The notes beneath the pieces are model-generated. The model saw only the letters and a list, made by a program, of their open reading frames with translations. It did no database searches and was not told the origin of the DNA. Shown here piece after piece: positions 18,606 through 28,126 of a stretch of 53,331 nt of DNA. Where the stretch lies: the NCBI GenBank assembly GCA_041498975.1, contig JBGQJI010000002.1, positions 1 to 53,331 on the forward strand. The letters run 5' to 3'. Every line of letters starts with the position of its first letter. The stretch's first letter is position 1. Position numbers and translations under genes: made by a program. The DNA comes from Candidatus Methylomirabilis sp. (GTDB lineage: Bacteria; Methylomirabilota; Methylomirabilia; Methylomirabilales; Methylomirabilaceae).

Positions 18606-19163
18606 TCAGCTCAGCGAGAGGTCGACGCGGGGAGGGGCTTTCTCCGCCTCGTCGATGTGGAAGTAGTCGGCGGGGCCGAAGCTCATTCCGGCCGCCATCA
18701 AGTTGGTCGGAAAAACCTGCTGCCTGATATTGTACCTGGCTACGAGATCGTTGTAGAGCTGGCGCGCGAACCCGATCCGATTCTCGGTGCTGGTCAGCTC
18801 TTCCTGAAGTTGAAGGACATTCTGGCTTGACTTGAGGTTCGGGTAATTCTCCATGAGCGCAAACAGCCGGGAGAGCGCCTGGCTGAGCTGCCCCTCTGCC
18901 GCCGCAACGGCCTGAGGTCCTTGCGCCGAGGCCGCCCGGTTGCGCGCGGCAATGACCCGCTCCAGTGTGTCGCGCTCGAATTGCATCGCCCCCTTCACAG
19001 CATTGACCAGATTCGGAATCAGGTCGTGGCGACGCTTGAGCTGGACATCGATCTGCTGCCAGGCATTCTGCACCTGATTCTTCAGGGCAACCAGGCCATT
19101 GTACATCACCACCAGCCAGACGACGATCAGGCCGAGAATCCCCAGGATCACCGCAATCACCAT
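18606..19163 (-). CDS. lemA: LemA family protein
   Basis: YNGLV...AWQQIDVQLKRRHDLIPNLV, ENYPNLK, TENRI; SD GGAGGT. Confidence 0.95.
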   Translation of the reverse strand: MVIAVILGILGLIVVWLVVMYNGLVALKNQVQNAWQQIDVQLKRRHDLIPNLVNAVKGAMQFERDTLERVIAARNRAASAQGPQAVAAAEGQLSQALSRLFALMENYPNLKSSQNVLQLQEELTSTENRIGFARQLYNDLVARYNIRQQVFPTNLMAAGMSFGPADYFHIDEAEKAPPRVDLSLS

Positions 19164-19388
19164 GCCCACCTCCCGTCGAACGATCCGCTCGCCGAACAGT
19201 GCAAAGCACGCTGAGCCCGCTGTCTCTGCTCTCTTCTATCATTGATAGAGCCGCGGGTCAATCCCGCTCAGCCGAAGGGCGCCCCGACAGGTCCCGCCGC
19301 CAAAGGACCAGATTGCCTTTGAAACCACTTGGCGGTTGTGCTAGATTCTCACCCGTTGTCCCACGGTTCAACAGCGAGGGTATGACCG

Positions 19389-20891
19389 ATGCGAACACGA
19401 TGGCTTGTCACGTTGGTGTTGGCCCTGCTGCCCTTCTTGATCCCCCATGGCGTCGAGGCCCAAGAAGTCTCCCTCGACGTGAGGGAGCACACCCTGAAGA
19501 ACGGCATGAAGCTCTTGATCGTCCCGAGGCGCAGTTCCTTCACTTTCTCGGCCTACTTGCGCTTCAGGATCGGGAGCGCGAAAGAACAGGCCGGCAAGAC
19601 CGGCCTCGCTCACATGCTGGAGCATATGATGTTCAAGGGGACACGGCTGATCGGCGGCGTGGAGACAGCGGCCGAGGAGCCGATCCTCGAGAAACTGGAC
19701 GGGCTGCAGCAGGAATTGTCACAACTGCAAGAACTTGAGCGATCCCCTCTGCTGCCCAAGGATCCTGGCCGGCGCATGTCATTGGAGAAGGAGATCACTG
19801 AGACCACAGCGATGCTGAAGCGTTTCATCATTCCTAACGAATTCTGGGAGATCTACCGCCGCCACGGGGCGATAGGCATAAATGCGTCCACTTCCAGGGA
19901 TGGGACCCAGTACTATGTGAGCCTCCCCAGCAATCGCCTCGAGCTCTGGGCGTTCCTGGAATCGGACCGAATGAAAGCTCCGGTCCTCCGCGAGTTCTAC
20001 ACCGAACGGGACGTCGTTCGAGAGGAGAGGCGACAGCGATACGAGGCGAATCCCGACGGCGCCCTCTCGGAAGCGCTGGTCACGTTGGCCTACGCGGCCC
20101 ACCCGTATCGCAACCCGGTTATCGGCTGGCCCAGTGACGTCGATGGGCTCCTCCGCCCCGACGCCCTCCGCTACTTCAAGACCTTCTACGCGCCCAACAA
20201 TGCCGTGGCGGTCCTGGTCGGCGACCTCGATCCGGAGCGGACCGCCCGGATCATCGAGGAACAGTTCGGGTCGATTCCCGCGCAGCCGCTCACCGAACTC
20301 CGCATCACGCAGGAGCCACCACAGCGGGGGGAGCGGCGGGTCTCGGTGCGGTTCGATGCCCAACCCCGGACGATGATCGGCTACCACATCCCGGCCCTGG
20401 GTCATCCCGACACCTACGCCTTGCAGGTCGCCGCTACGATCATGGGGAGTGGCAGGACAAGCCGATTTTACCGTGGCCTCATCGACGGCAAACGTGTGGC
20501 ATCCAATATCGACGCATCCATCAGCCACCTTCGAGACCCTGGACTTCTCACCATCTCGGCCACCCCTCTGGCCCCCCACACGGTGGAGGAGCTGGAGAAG
20601 GAGATCTACACCGAGATCGAGCGGCTGAAAGAGTCGGCCGTGACCGAGAGCGAACTGCAACGGGTCAGAAACCGCTTGGAGGCTGACCTCGTCCGTTCCC
20701 TTCGCTCGAATGCCTCCCTGGCAGCGCACCTTGGCAGCGCGCAGGCCATGGCGGGTGACTGGCGCTACCTTCTGGAGTCTCGCAAGCGGCTGAAGGCGGT
20801 GACCGCCGAGGACGTGCAGCGCGCGGTGAAATCCTACCTGACCCCCGAAAACCGGACCGTCGCCACCCTGCTTCCCGAGAAGCCGCGATGA
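19389..20891 (+). CDS. M16 zinc peptidase, catalytic subunit (second pair)
   Basis: GLAHMLEHMMFKGT, NAST, VVREERR; signal peptide; helical insertion after FKGT. Confidence 0.9.
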   Translation: MRTRWLVTLVLALLPFLIPHGVEAQEVSLDVREHTLKNGMKLLIVPRRSSFTFSAYLRFRIGSAKEQAGKTGLAHMLEHMMFKGTRLIGGVETAAEEPILEKLDGLQQELSQLQELERSPLLPKDPGRRMSLEKEITETTAMLKRFIIPNEFWEIYRRHGAIGINASTSRDGTQYYVSLPSNRLELWAFLESDRMKAPVLREFYTERDVVREERRQRYEANPDGALSEALVTLAYAAHPYRNPVIGWPSDVDGLLRPDALRYFKTFYAPNNAVAVLVGDLDPERTARIIEEQFGSIPAQPLTELRITQEPPQRGERRVSVRFDAQPRTMIGYHIPALGHPDTYALQVAATIMGSGRTSRFYRGLIDGKRVASNIDASISHLRDPGLLTISATPLAPHTVEELEKEIYTEIERLKESAVTESELQRVRNRLEADLVRSLRSNASLAAHLGSAQAMAGDWRYLLESRKRLKAVTAEDVQRAVKSYLTPENRTVATLLPEKPR

Positions 20892-20901
20892 GGCCTCGAT
20901 C

Positions 20902-22410
20902 GTGATGAAGCCGACTGTCCTGAAGCGCGCCTCCGGCGCCGCCATTCTGATCATTGGGCTCCTCGCGGGCCAAGGCAGAGCCATGGAGCAGCAAGGCCCG
21001 GCCCCCGCTGACCGTCGCTCTGAGGGAGCGGAGAAGATCGGCCTGATGATCTTCCCGCCCCTCATCTGGCGCCCACCGTCCGTCGGGATCGAGGTCGAGC
21101 GCCGCACCTTGAGCAACGGGATCATCCTCTATCTCTATCCGGACCGCACCCTCCCGCTTTTGGATCTCGTCGGTCTGTTCCGCGCCGGCCGGCTCTATGA
21201 GCCTGCCGAGAAGGCAGGTCTCGCCCGAATGGTCGCATCGCAGATCCGCGGCGGGGGCACCACGGGAGTCACGGCAGACGCCCTCAACGAGGAGCTGGAC
21301 TCGCTTGCAGCATCCCTCGAACTGTCGGCAGGTGATGAGGCGATCGACATCCACCTGAATCTTCTGTCGAAGCACGCCCAACGAGGCCTCAAGCTCCTCG
21401 CCGATGTGCTGCTCCGGCCGGCCTTTGATCCCGGGCAATTGGAGCTCGCCAGGGGACGCAAGCTGGAGGAGCTTCGGCGGCGCCGTGACCACCCGGCTCA
21501 GCTCCTCCACAGCGAGTTCGCCGCACTTCACTACACGACCCAGCACCCGCTTGGCCGAGAGCCCAACGAGACGACCCTCCGCGCCATCAGCCGCGATGAC
21601 CTCGTCGCCTTCCATCAGCGCTTTATCCGACCCGACAACCTGATGCTGGCGGCAGCCGGCGATTTCGACAAGGAGTCGTTGGTGGCGCTCCTCGAACAAG
21701 CATTTGGCGATTGGCCGAGCAGCGGGAAACTTTCGTTGCCAGCTATTCCCCCGGTCGAGACCTCCGGCAAGCCCGGCGTCTACCTGGTGGACAAACCGCT
21801 CCCTCAAAGCAGCATCGCCATCGGCCACTTCGGCGTCGATCGGACCAATGCCGACCGTCACGCGATCAGGCTGATGAATCAACTCCTCGGCGGAGGGGCG
21901 ATTGTGACGCGACTCGGGCAGCGCGTCCGATCCGCGGAGGGCTTGGCCTACTCGGTCGGCTCCCATTTCGGAACGGAGGGGCCCGTACCAGGATTGTTCC
22001 AGGTGCTGGCGCACACCCGCACCGACGCGACTCCCAGAGCCGTCGCCGCCATACTCGACGAGATCAAACGGATCAGGGACGAGCCGGTGACCGGTTCCGA
22101 GCTCGAGACGGTGAAGGAGAGCTTGGCGAATTCCTTCCTCTTCAAGTTTGACGATCCGACGGAGACGGTGCGTCGATCGATGCTGCTCGAGTTCGAGGGC
22201 TTGCCGGCCGACTATTATCACACAGTTCTCGAGGGCTACACAGGCATCACGGCAGAGCGCTTGCAAGAGACGGCCCGGCGCTATTTGAGGCCGGCGGATC
22301 TTGCCATCTTTGTGGTTGGCGACGCAAAGGCTCTCGAACCAGCGCTCGCGCGGTTCGGCGCCGTTAAGAACATGCCGGGCGAACCTCTCCCGTCTACCGA
22401 CGCGCCATGA
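20902..22410 (+). CDS. M16 peptidase, non-catalytic partner (second pair)
   Basis: No HxxEH; LLGGG...RL..RVRSAEGLAYSV. Confidence 0.85.
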   Translation: MMKPTVLKRASGAAILIIGLLAGQGRAMEQQGPAPADRRSEGAEKIGLMIFPPLIWRPPSVGIEVERRTLSNGIILYLYPDRTLPLLDLVGLFRAGRLYEPAEKAGLARMVASQIRGGGTTGVTADALNEELDSLAASLELSAGDEAIDIHLNLLSKHAQRGLKLLADVLLRPAFDPGQLELARGRKLEELRRRRDHPAQLLHSEFAALHYTTQHPLGREPNETTLRAISRDDLVAFHQRFIRPDNLMLAAAGDFDKESLVALLEQAFGDWPSSGKLSLPAIPPVETSGKPGVYLVDKPLPQSSIAIGHFGVDRTNADRHAIRLMNQLLGGGAIVTRLGQRVRSAEGLAYSVGSHFGTEGPVPGLFQVLAHTRTDATPRAVAAILDEIKRIRDEPVTGSELETVKESLANSFLFKFDDPTETVRRSMLLEFEGLPADYYHTVLEGYTGITAERLQETARRYLRPADLAIFVVGDAKALEPALARFGAVKNMPGEPLPSTDAP

Positions 22411-22493
22411 GCTTTGATCCAAGCCCGAGCTCTATCCGAGAACACGTTTCCCACCCCCCTCCGATCGCCCCCGCCGCGCATCCAAGTTTTTTC

Positions 22494-22551
22494 TTGACAT
22501 CGGCAGAACCAAGGCGTAATCTACGGCTAATCGACACTGATAATCATTTTC
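22494..22551 (+). promoter_or_regulatory. fur promoter and Fur box
   Basis: TTGACA-17 bp-TAATCT; GACACTGATAATCATTTTC (22533-22551) matches 16/19 of GATAATGATAATCATTATC. Confidence 0.8.
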
Positions 22552-22564
22552 ACTTTCACTTACA

Positions 22565-23038
22565 ATGCCACACAAGCTCCGTCAATTCCAGCAGCACCTC
22601 GATCGATCCGGCCTGAAGGCCACACGCCAGCGCGAATTGATCGCCAGGGCGTTCTTTGCCACGAACACGCACATCAGCGCAGAGGCTCTCTACCGCCGGG
22701 TGAGCGGCCGAGACCATCGAATCGGGCTGGTCACCGTTTATCGGACCCTGAAACTGCTGAAGGAGGCGGGGCTCGCGCACGAACGGCAGTTCGGCGAGGG
22801 ACGCGCCCTCTTCGAACATGCCTCCAGTGAGCGCCATCACGATCACATGATCTGCACCGACTGTGGCAAGATCACCGAATTCGAGAACTGCGAGATCGAG
22901 GCGCTCCAGGAACAGGTCGCCCGCAGGCTCGGGTTCACTCTTCGATACCACAAATTGGAGCTGTACGGTTTCTGCCGCGAGTGCCGCGCGAACAGCAACA
23001 GGAGGGCGGGAAGGGTTCGCGCGGTTGGGGCCCGCTGA
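22565..23038 (+). CDS. fur: Fur family transcriptional regulator
   Basis: TRQR, HISAE, TVYRTL, HHDHMICTDCG, YGFCREC. Confidence 0.93.
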   Translation: MPHKLRQFQQHLDRSGLKATRQRELIARAFFATNTHISAEALYRRVSGRDHRIGLVTVYRTLKLLKEAGLAHERQFGEGRALFEHASSERHHDHMICTDCGKITEFENCEIEALQEQVARRLGFTLRYHKLELYGFCRECRANSNRRAGRVRAVGAR

Positions 23039-23041
23039 GAC

Positions 23042-23065
23042 ACCCCGGAACTTCCGGGGTTTTTG
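23042..23065 (+). terminator. Intrinsic terminator after fur
   Basis: ACCCCGGAA-C-TTCCGGGGT followed by TTTT. Confidence 0.75.
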
Positions 23066-23079
23066 TCGGGGCCGCAATT

Positions 23080-23098
23080 GAAACTGATACTCATTATC
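23080..23098 (+). promoter_or_regulatory. Fur box upstream of FTR1
   Basis: GAAACTGATACTCATTATC, 16/19 match to consensus. Confidence 0.8.
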
Positions 23099-23155
23099 AT
23101 CTAAGCCACTGGCGCGGTCTCGAACCGATCCGAGACGACTCGCAGAGGAGGAACA

Positions 23156-24007
23156 ATGATCGCTGGAATGCTCATCACCATTCGGGAGGGACTTGAGGCT
23201 TTCCTCATTACCGGAATCCTCTTGGGATACCTGAGGAAGGTCGGCCGCCCCGCCCTCAGCCGATACGTCTGGGCTGGGACGATCGTGGGCGTGCTGGCCA
23301 GCATCGGGTTGGCCATGATCTTTCAGCGGCTTGCCGTGGAGTTCGAAGGCCATCGGGCTGCCTTATTCGAGGCGATAGCATCTGCCATCGCCGTGCCGAT
23401 CCTGAGTTATATGGTGCTCTATATGCAGCGCCAGTCTCACAAACTCAAGGGGGAGGCGGAGGTCAAGGCCGACCTGGCGATCTCGACAGGCCAGGTCCTG
23501 GCCCTTGGAACCCTCGCCTTCATCACCGTGCTGCGCGAGGGGCTGGAAACCGCTCTCTTTCTCACTGCCCTCACCACCCGGGTGTCAGGCGGGGGGCTGA
23601 TGCCGGGCGCCGTCCTGGGACTGGTACTGGCAGCCGCGATCGCCTATACGATCTTCGCCTCGACGATACGGCTGAACCTCCGACGCTTCTTCATCGTGAC
23701 CGGTTTCCTGCTCATTTTCATCGCTGCCGGCCTGTGCGCGCACATCTTCATGGCCCTCCACGAAGTTGGTTTTCATCTCCTCGGGATGACCGCCTGGAGT
23801 ACCAAAGCGATCCTCGATAGCGAGAGCTTCTTCGGGCGGCTACTCCACGCCTTCATGGGGTATCACGATGAACCGACCGTGATCCAGGTGGTGGCCTACT
23901 TCGGGTATCTCGGCATTATGAGCTGGGCCTTCCTGAGGGCGGTGAAGGCGACGGCACGACCGAATCCGACCCGGCAGGAAGTCCCCAAAGCCGCAGCCGT
24001 CCGCTGA
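23156..24007 (+). CDS. FTR1/EfeU family iron permease
   Basis: Two REGLE motifs; about 7 TM segments. Confidence 0.93.
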   Translation: MIAGMLITIREGLEAFLITGILLGYLRKVGRPALSRYVWAGTIVGVLASIGLAMIFQRLAVEFEGHRAALFEAIASAIAVPILSYMVLYMQRQSHKLKGEAEVKADLAISTGQVLALGTLAFITVLREGLETALFLTALTTRVSGGGLMPGAVLGLVLAAAIAYTIFASTIRLNLRRFFIVTGFLLIFIAAGLCAHIFMALHEVGFHLLGMTAWSTKAILDSESFFGRLLHAFMGYHDEPTVIQVVAYFGYLGIMSWAFLRAVKATARPNPTRQEVPKAAAVR

Positions 24008-24335
24008 GGGGGTGGCGCAATGGTGCGGATGGCTCAGGCAACAAGGGTACTTGAGGAGGGCAATTAGGAAGAGCAGCTTCTAACTGTTTCGAGGGTTCAA
24101 AGCATTCATAAATAGAAGGCGACCCCACCGCTCCCTGCTTGCCGGCCGGTGCGATGGAGCCGCCTGCTGCCTCGGAAGGCCATTCCATTAAACGGCCCTG
24201 TGGAGCCCTTTTCTTTTACGGCCTTCCTGGCAGCGCAATTCTACCAACCTCCATAAAGCAAGTCCAGGGAAAAGGCCCCCAGTGGTGGCAGAGCAATTAC
24301 CCGAAATTGTATCCATGAAAAGAAAGGAGCAATCA

Positions 24336-25916
24336 ATGAAACGATTGCTGGCCCTTTTCGTTGTGTTGGGGATCGGGGTGACCTCCGTTGGCACTGCGTT
24401 TGGGGCAACCTTGGAAGACCTGGAGAGGCAGCTTCAGGATCTTCAACGACAGATTCAGCAGATGAAGGAGGAGAAACAGCGCCAGGATCAGAAGCTCCGG
24501 GAGGTTGAGGCGGTCCAGGCCGCGCAAAAGGAGGAAGTCAAGAAGGAGGCGGCGAGCCTGCGCGAGCAGGCGAGACGGGTCTCTTCTGAGCTGGCCGAAC
24601 GGGTGAAGATCGGCGGGTACGGTTCTGTCCGGTTTGAGTCGAACAGCCTCAAGGAGCAGAGCAATACCTTCACCTTCCGGAGATTCGTCCTGACCGCGGA
24701 CGCCAAGCCTGCGGACCCCATGCAGGTGTACATGGAGCTGGAGTTCGAACGGTTTACCCAACTCGAACTCGAGAGGAAGGTCCAGCCTATGGGTGGCGGC
24801 CTCACGGTTGAGGAGGCCATCGAAGGTACCGATGGGTCAGAGATCAGCTTGGAGCAGCTCTGGTTCCAGTACGACCTCTACCCGTGGCTGAAGTTCCGGA
24901 CCGGCCAGGTCCTGGTGCCTCTGGGCCGGTTCAACATCAACCACGATGATAACCGCTGGAACATCGCCCGGCGCTCCCTCGTCGATCGCGGCGTGCCGGT
25001 CCTTCCGGTAAAAGCAGCTTGGCCTGAACTGGGCGCCGGTTTCTTGGGAGATATCCCTCTGGGAGATCTGGGGAAGCTCAGCTACCAGGCCTACGTTATC
25101 AACGGTGTCGCCCTCGACGCCGAGGTGGAAAAAGTCCTCCAGGCGCGTGGTGGGGACACCCAGAAGCTGGAGCTCGAGGCCAAATTCAGCCCATCGAGAG
25201 GGACGGCGAACTTGGACATGAAAGACAGCAAGGCCGTCGCAGCTCGCCTGGCCTGGAGCCCTTTCCCAGGCCAGGAGATCGCCGGCTCCTTCTACTACGG
25301 GCGCTACACCCCGAAGTCCTTGAGCGACGAGTCACTTTTCGCCTTCGCCATCGACGGCTTGACCACGATCGGGCAGTTCGAGATCGAGGCAGAGTACGTC
25401 AATACCCATTTCCGGAACGTCGATCGAGTTGCCAGGAGCTTCGGCCAAGTCGCCGTGCGAAACGAAGCCGAGAATGAAAGTATTGCCGGGGGGCTCGAGG
25501 CTGAGGTGGATTTCGAGCTGGCCGGGCTCGCCAGGAACAAGCATGGTTTCTGGATCGAGGGGCGCTACCGCTTCTGGCCGGAATTCCTGACCCCCACCGT
25601 ATTCGGGAAGTACTTCGAGAACCCCCAGCTTGTCGCCCTTCTGCGAGGGGAGCAGGTGTGGTTGAACGGCCTGATCCGCGCGGCGGAATTCGAGAACGGC
25701 GTGCTCACCAATCTCGACCAGGAGAACCGCCAACTCTATCGGGTCGCCACAGGCCTGGCCTATAGACCGACACCCCTAGTGGTCTTCCAACTCGCCTATG
25801 AGTACACGAAGACCGATAGAGGACGGAGCCTGGCCGAGGTCACCAATTTCCTCCCGGCCCAGGCGGGCGAGGATGAGGCCCATGCGATCCTGGTGGGGGT
25901 GGCCTTCGGTTTCTGA
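24336..25916 (+). CDS. Outer-membrane beta-barrel (porin-like) with N-terminal coiled coil
   Basis: Signal peptide, coiled-coil segment, KIGGYG, amphipathic strands, C-terminal Phe (GVAFGF); SD AAGGAG. Confidence 0.75.
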   Translation: MKRLLALFVVLGIGVTSVGTAFGATLEDLERQLQDLQRQIQQMKEEKQRQDQKLREVEAVQAAQKEEVKKEAASLREQARRVSSELAERVKIGGYGSVRFESNSLKEQSNTFTFRRFVLTADAKPADPMQVYMELEFERFTQLELERKVQPMGGGLTVEEAIEGTDGSEISLEQLWFQYDLYPWLKFRTGQVLVPLGRFNINHDDNRWNIARRSLVDRGVPVLPVKAAWPELGAGFLGDIPLGDLGKLSYQAYVINGVALDAEVEKVLQARGGDTQKLELEAKFSPSRGTANLDMKDSKAVAARLAWSPFPGQEIAGSFYYGRYTPKSLSDESLFAFAIDGLTTIGQFEIEAEYVNTHFRNVDRVARSFGQVAVRNEAENESIAGGLEAEVDFELAGLARNKHGFWIEGRYRFWPEFLTPTVFGKYFENPQLVALLRGEQVWLNGLIRAAEFENGVLTNLDQENRQLYRVATGLAYRPTPLVVFQLAYEYTKTDRGRSLAEVTNFLPAQAGEDEAHAILVGVAFGF

Positions 25917-25980
25917 AGACAACGAGGTGGGGTCAGGGAGAGCCTGGCGTTGCCCCGCCCTGACCCCTTATGCTATAAGG

Positions 25981-26568
25981 ATGAGGATGCTTTCCCGACG
26001 CCACTTCCTGACCTCGCTTCTCACGCCGGCCATCCTGGCCCTGGCCCCCGACCTGATCAGTGCCCAGGAGGGGGTCTTCCTTGACGAGGAGGAAGCCCCA
26101 AGGGCTGTCTTTCCAGAAGGCACACACTTTGAAAAGAAGGTCATTCCCTCAACGGAGGACCTGCGCGAGAAGATGCGGGGCCTTCTTGGCAGGGCGCGAC
26201 CCTCGATCTGGGAAGACGCCTATGTCACCTACCTCGCCCGCCGGCACGGAGAGCGGCTTGGCTTCGCCGTCATCGCTGAAGAGATCGGGAAGCACCGCCC
26301 TATCACCTTCGTCGTCGGCATCAAACCGAACGGGAAAGTCAAGGATGTCGCCCTCATGGTCTATCGCGAGGCCTATGGGGGGGAGGTTCGGGACCGACGC
26401 TTTATGCGCCAGTATCACGATAAAGATCTCACTGCCCCGCTCCTACCGTATCGAGACATCGTGAATATCGCCGGAGCCACCCTCTCGGTCCAATCGATCG
26501 GCCGAGGGGTCAAGAAAGCCCTTGCCCTCGCGCAGATCGTCTTCCTCGATGGGCCGGGTCGGTCATGA
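25981..26568 (+). CDS. FMN-binding (flavinylation target) protein with Tat-like signal
   Basis: SRRHFL; IGKHRPITFVVGI, YRE..GGEV, DIVNIAGATLS (variant of the SGAT motif). Start may be 25987. Confidence 0.82.
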   Translation: MRMLSRRHFLTSLLTPAILALAPDLISAQEGVFLDEEEAPRAVFPEGTHFEKKVIPSTEDLREKMRGLLGRARPSIWEDAYVTYLARRHGERLGFAVIAEEIGKHRPITFVVGIKPNGKVKDVALMVYREAYGGEVRDRRFMRQYHDKDLTAPLLPYRDIVNIAGATLSVQSIGRGVKKALALAQIVFLDGPGRS

Positions 26569-27584
26569 CACCTCCCTCTCCGTGCGCCGGAACTTACGCC
26601 TCCGCGCTTTCCGGCCAGCCGCCCACCGTCGCCCTGCGGGAGATCCATTATGTCATGGGGACCCTGCTGGACATCACCCTGCACCAGGAATCAGGGGAAA
26701 AGTGGAAACGGCTGCTGCGCGGATGCTTCCAGGAGGCCCGGCGCCTGGAGCACGTCTTCTCGACTTACGACGACGACAGCGACCTCGGCCGGCTCAACCG
26801 GCACGCAGGCCTGGGACCCCTCGAGATCAACCGGGAACTCTGGTCGATCATCGAGGTCTCGCTGCGCCTCGGAAGAGAGACGGAAGGCGCCCTGGACATC
26901 AGCGTTGGACCTCTCATCGCCCTCTGGAGGACGGCCGAGGAACATGGCGCCCCGCCCCCGCCCGCTTCCGTGGCGGAGGCCCTGAGCCGGACAGGCACCT
27001 CGAAGGTCCAGCTCCTCCCCGATGGCAGGGCAGAGTTGCGGCAAGCCGGGATGCAACTGGACCTGGGCGGGATCGGCAAAGGGTATGCGGTGGACCGGCT
27101 GAGGGAGTACCTGATCGATGAGGGCGTTGAGCGCGCCTTCATCAACTTCGGGAGGAGTAGTCTGGCTGCGATCGGGTCGCCTCCGGGGCGGGAGGCGTGG
27201 CCCGTCCTGCTCCTGGGTGACAACGAGGAGCCCCTTGGCGTCGTGCACCTGAACGATCAAACCCTCTCCGCCTCCAGCAGCTTCGGCCACTCCTCCGAGA
27301 TCGAGAAAGCCCGCTACGGCCATCTCATCGACCCGCGGGACGGATTCCCGCTCCGCCACCCTGCCCTCGGCGTGGCTGTGGCCAGGACAGCCACCGAGGC
27401 CGAGGCTCTGACCAAGGCCCTGGTGATCCTCGGCCCCGAGGAAGGCATCAACGCAGTCAGCAACGTTTCGACAGCCGAGGGCTTGTTCGCGTTTCCCGAC
27501 GGCTCGAGGATCAGCACCTCGGGATTCAACGAGGCGGTTCGGTTCGAGCCCGGGGCAGTCATATCGAGAGAGGCTATCAGTTGA
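26565..27584 (+). CDS. apbE: FAD:protein FMN transferase ApbE
   Basis: MGT, GALDISVGPL..LW, LDLGGIGKGYAVD, GHLIDPRDG, AEALTKA. Confidence 0.92.
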   Translation: MTPPSPCAGTYASALSGQPPTVALREIHYVMGTLLDITLHQESGEKWKRLLRGCFQEARRLEHVFSTYDDDSDLGRLNRHAGLGPLEINRELWSIIEVSLRLGRETEGALDISVGPLIALWRTAEEHGAPPPPASVAEALSRTGTSKVQLLPDGRAELRQAGMQLDLGGIGKGYAVDRLREYLIDEGVERAFINFGRSSLAAIGSPPGREAWPVLLLGDNEEPLGVVHLNDQTLSASSSFGHSSEIEKARYGHLIDPRDGFPLRHPALGVAVARTATEAEALTKALVILGPEEGINAVSNVSTAEGLFAFPDGSRISTSGFNEAVRFEPGAVISREAIS

Positions 27585-28126
27585 AAATTTTCACGTATCC
27601 CCTCTACAGGCTCTCCGCCGCCAGTCGGGAGGTCAAGATCATCTATACCGGCTTCTTGTCCTTCGTGGCGATCGGCATGCTGACCATCGGCCTGTTTCAG
27701 TTCAAGCGGATCGGGGCCACGTACGATCTGGTCGTGGCGTATTATCGTGGCGGGGACTTGGGACGAGAGATGGCGTTCCCCAAGACCTTTACGCAGCTCC
27801 TCGAGACCACCCACTTTCATGCCTTTATCATGGGGGTCTCCTTCCTCATCCTCGCCCACCTTTTCGTCGCGACCTCGCTCGACGCGCGGGCGAAGGGGTT
27901 CTTCATCGGCCTCGCCTTCTTCTCCTCCCAAGGTGATCTCGCCGGACCCTGGCTCATTCGATATCTCTCCCCCGCCTTCGCCCTCCTCCAGATCGCGTCC
28001 TGGCTCGCGATGTGGCTGGGCTACGGGGCGATGATCCTGCTCCCGCTCTATGAGATGTGGGGAAAGGAGTGGCGGCGATGCGGAGGGGGGACGGTCTCGC
28101 AGGGGCAGGAGAACGACACTCCCTAG
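27581..28126 (+). CDS. Hypothetical 4-TM membrane protein with intramembrane His residues
   Basis: TTG start overlaps the apbE stop; LETTHFHAF and ILAHLF in hydrophobic segments. Confidence 0.7.
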   Translation: MKIFTYPLYRLSAASREVKIIYTGFLSFVAIGMLTIGLFQFKRIGATYDLVVAYYRGGDLGREMAFPKTFTQLLETTHFHAFIMGVSFLILAHLFVATSLDARAKGFFIGLAFFSSQGDLAGPWLIRYLSPAFALLQIASWLAMWLGYGAMILLPLYEMWGKEWRRCGGGTVSQGQENDTP

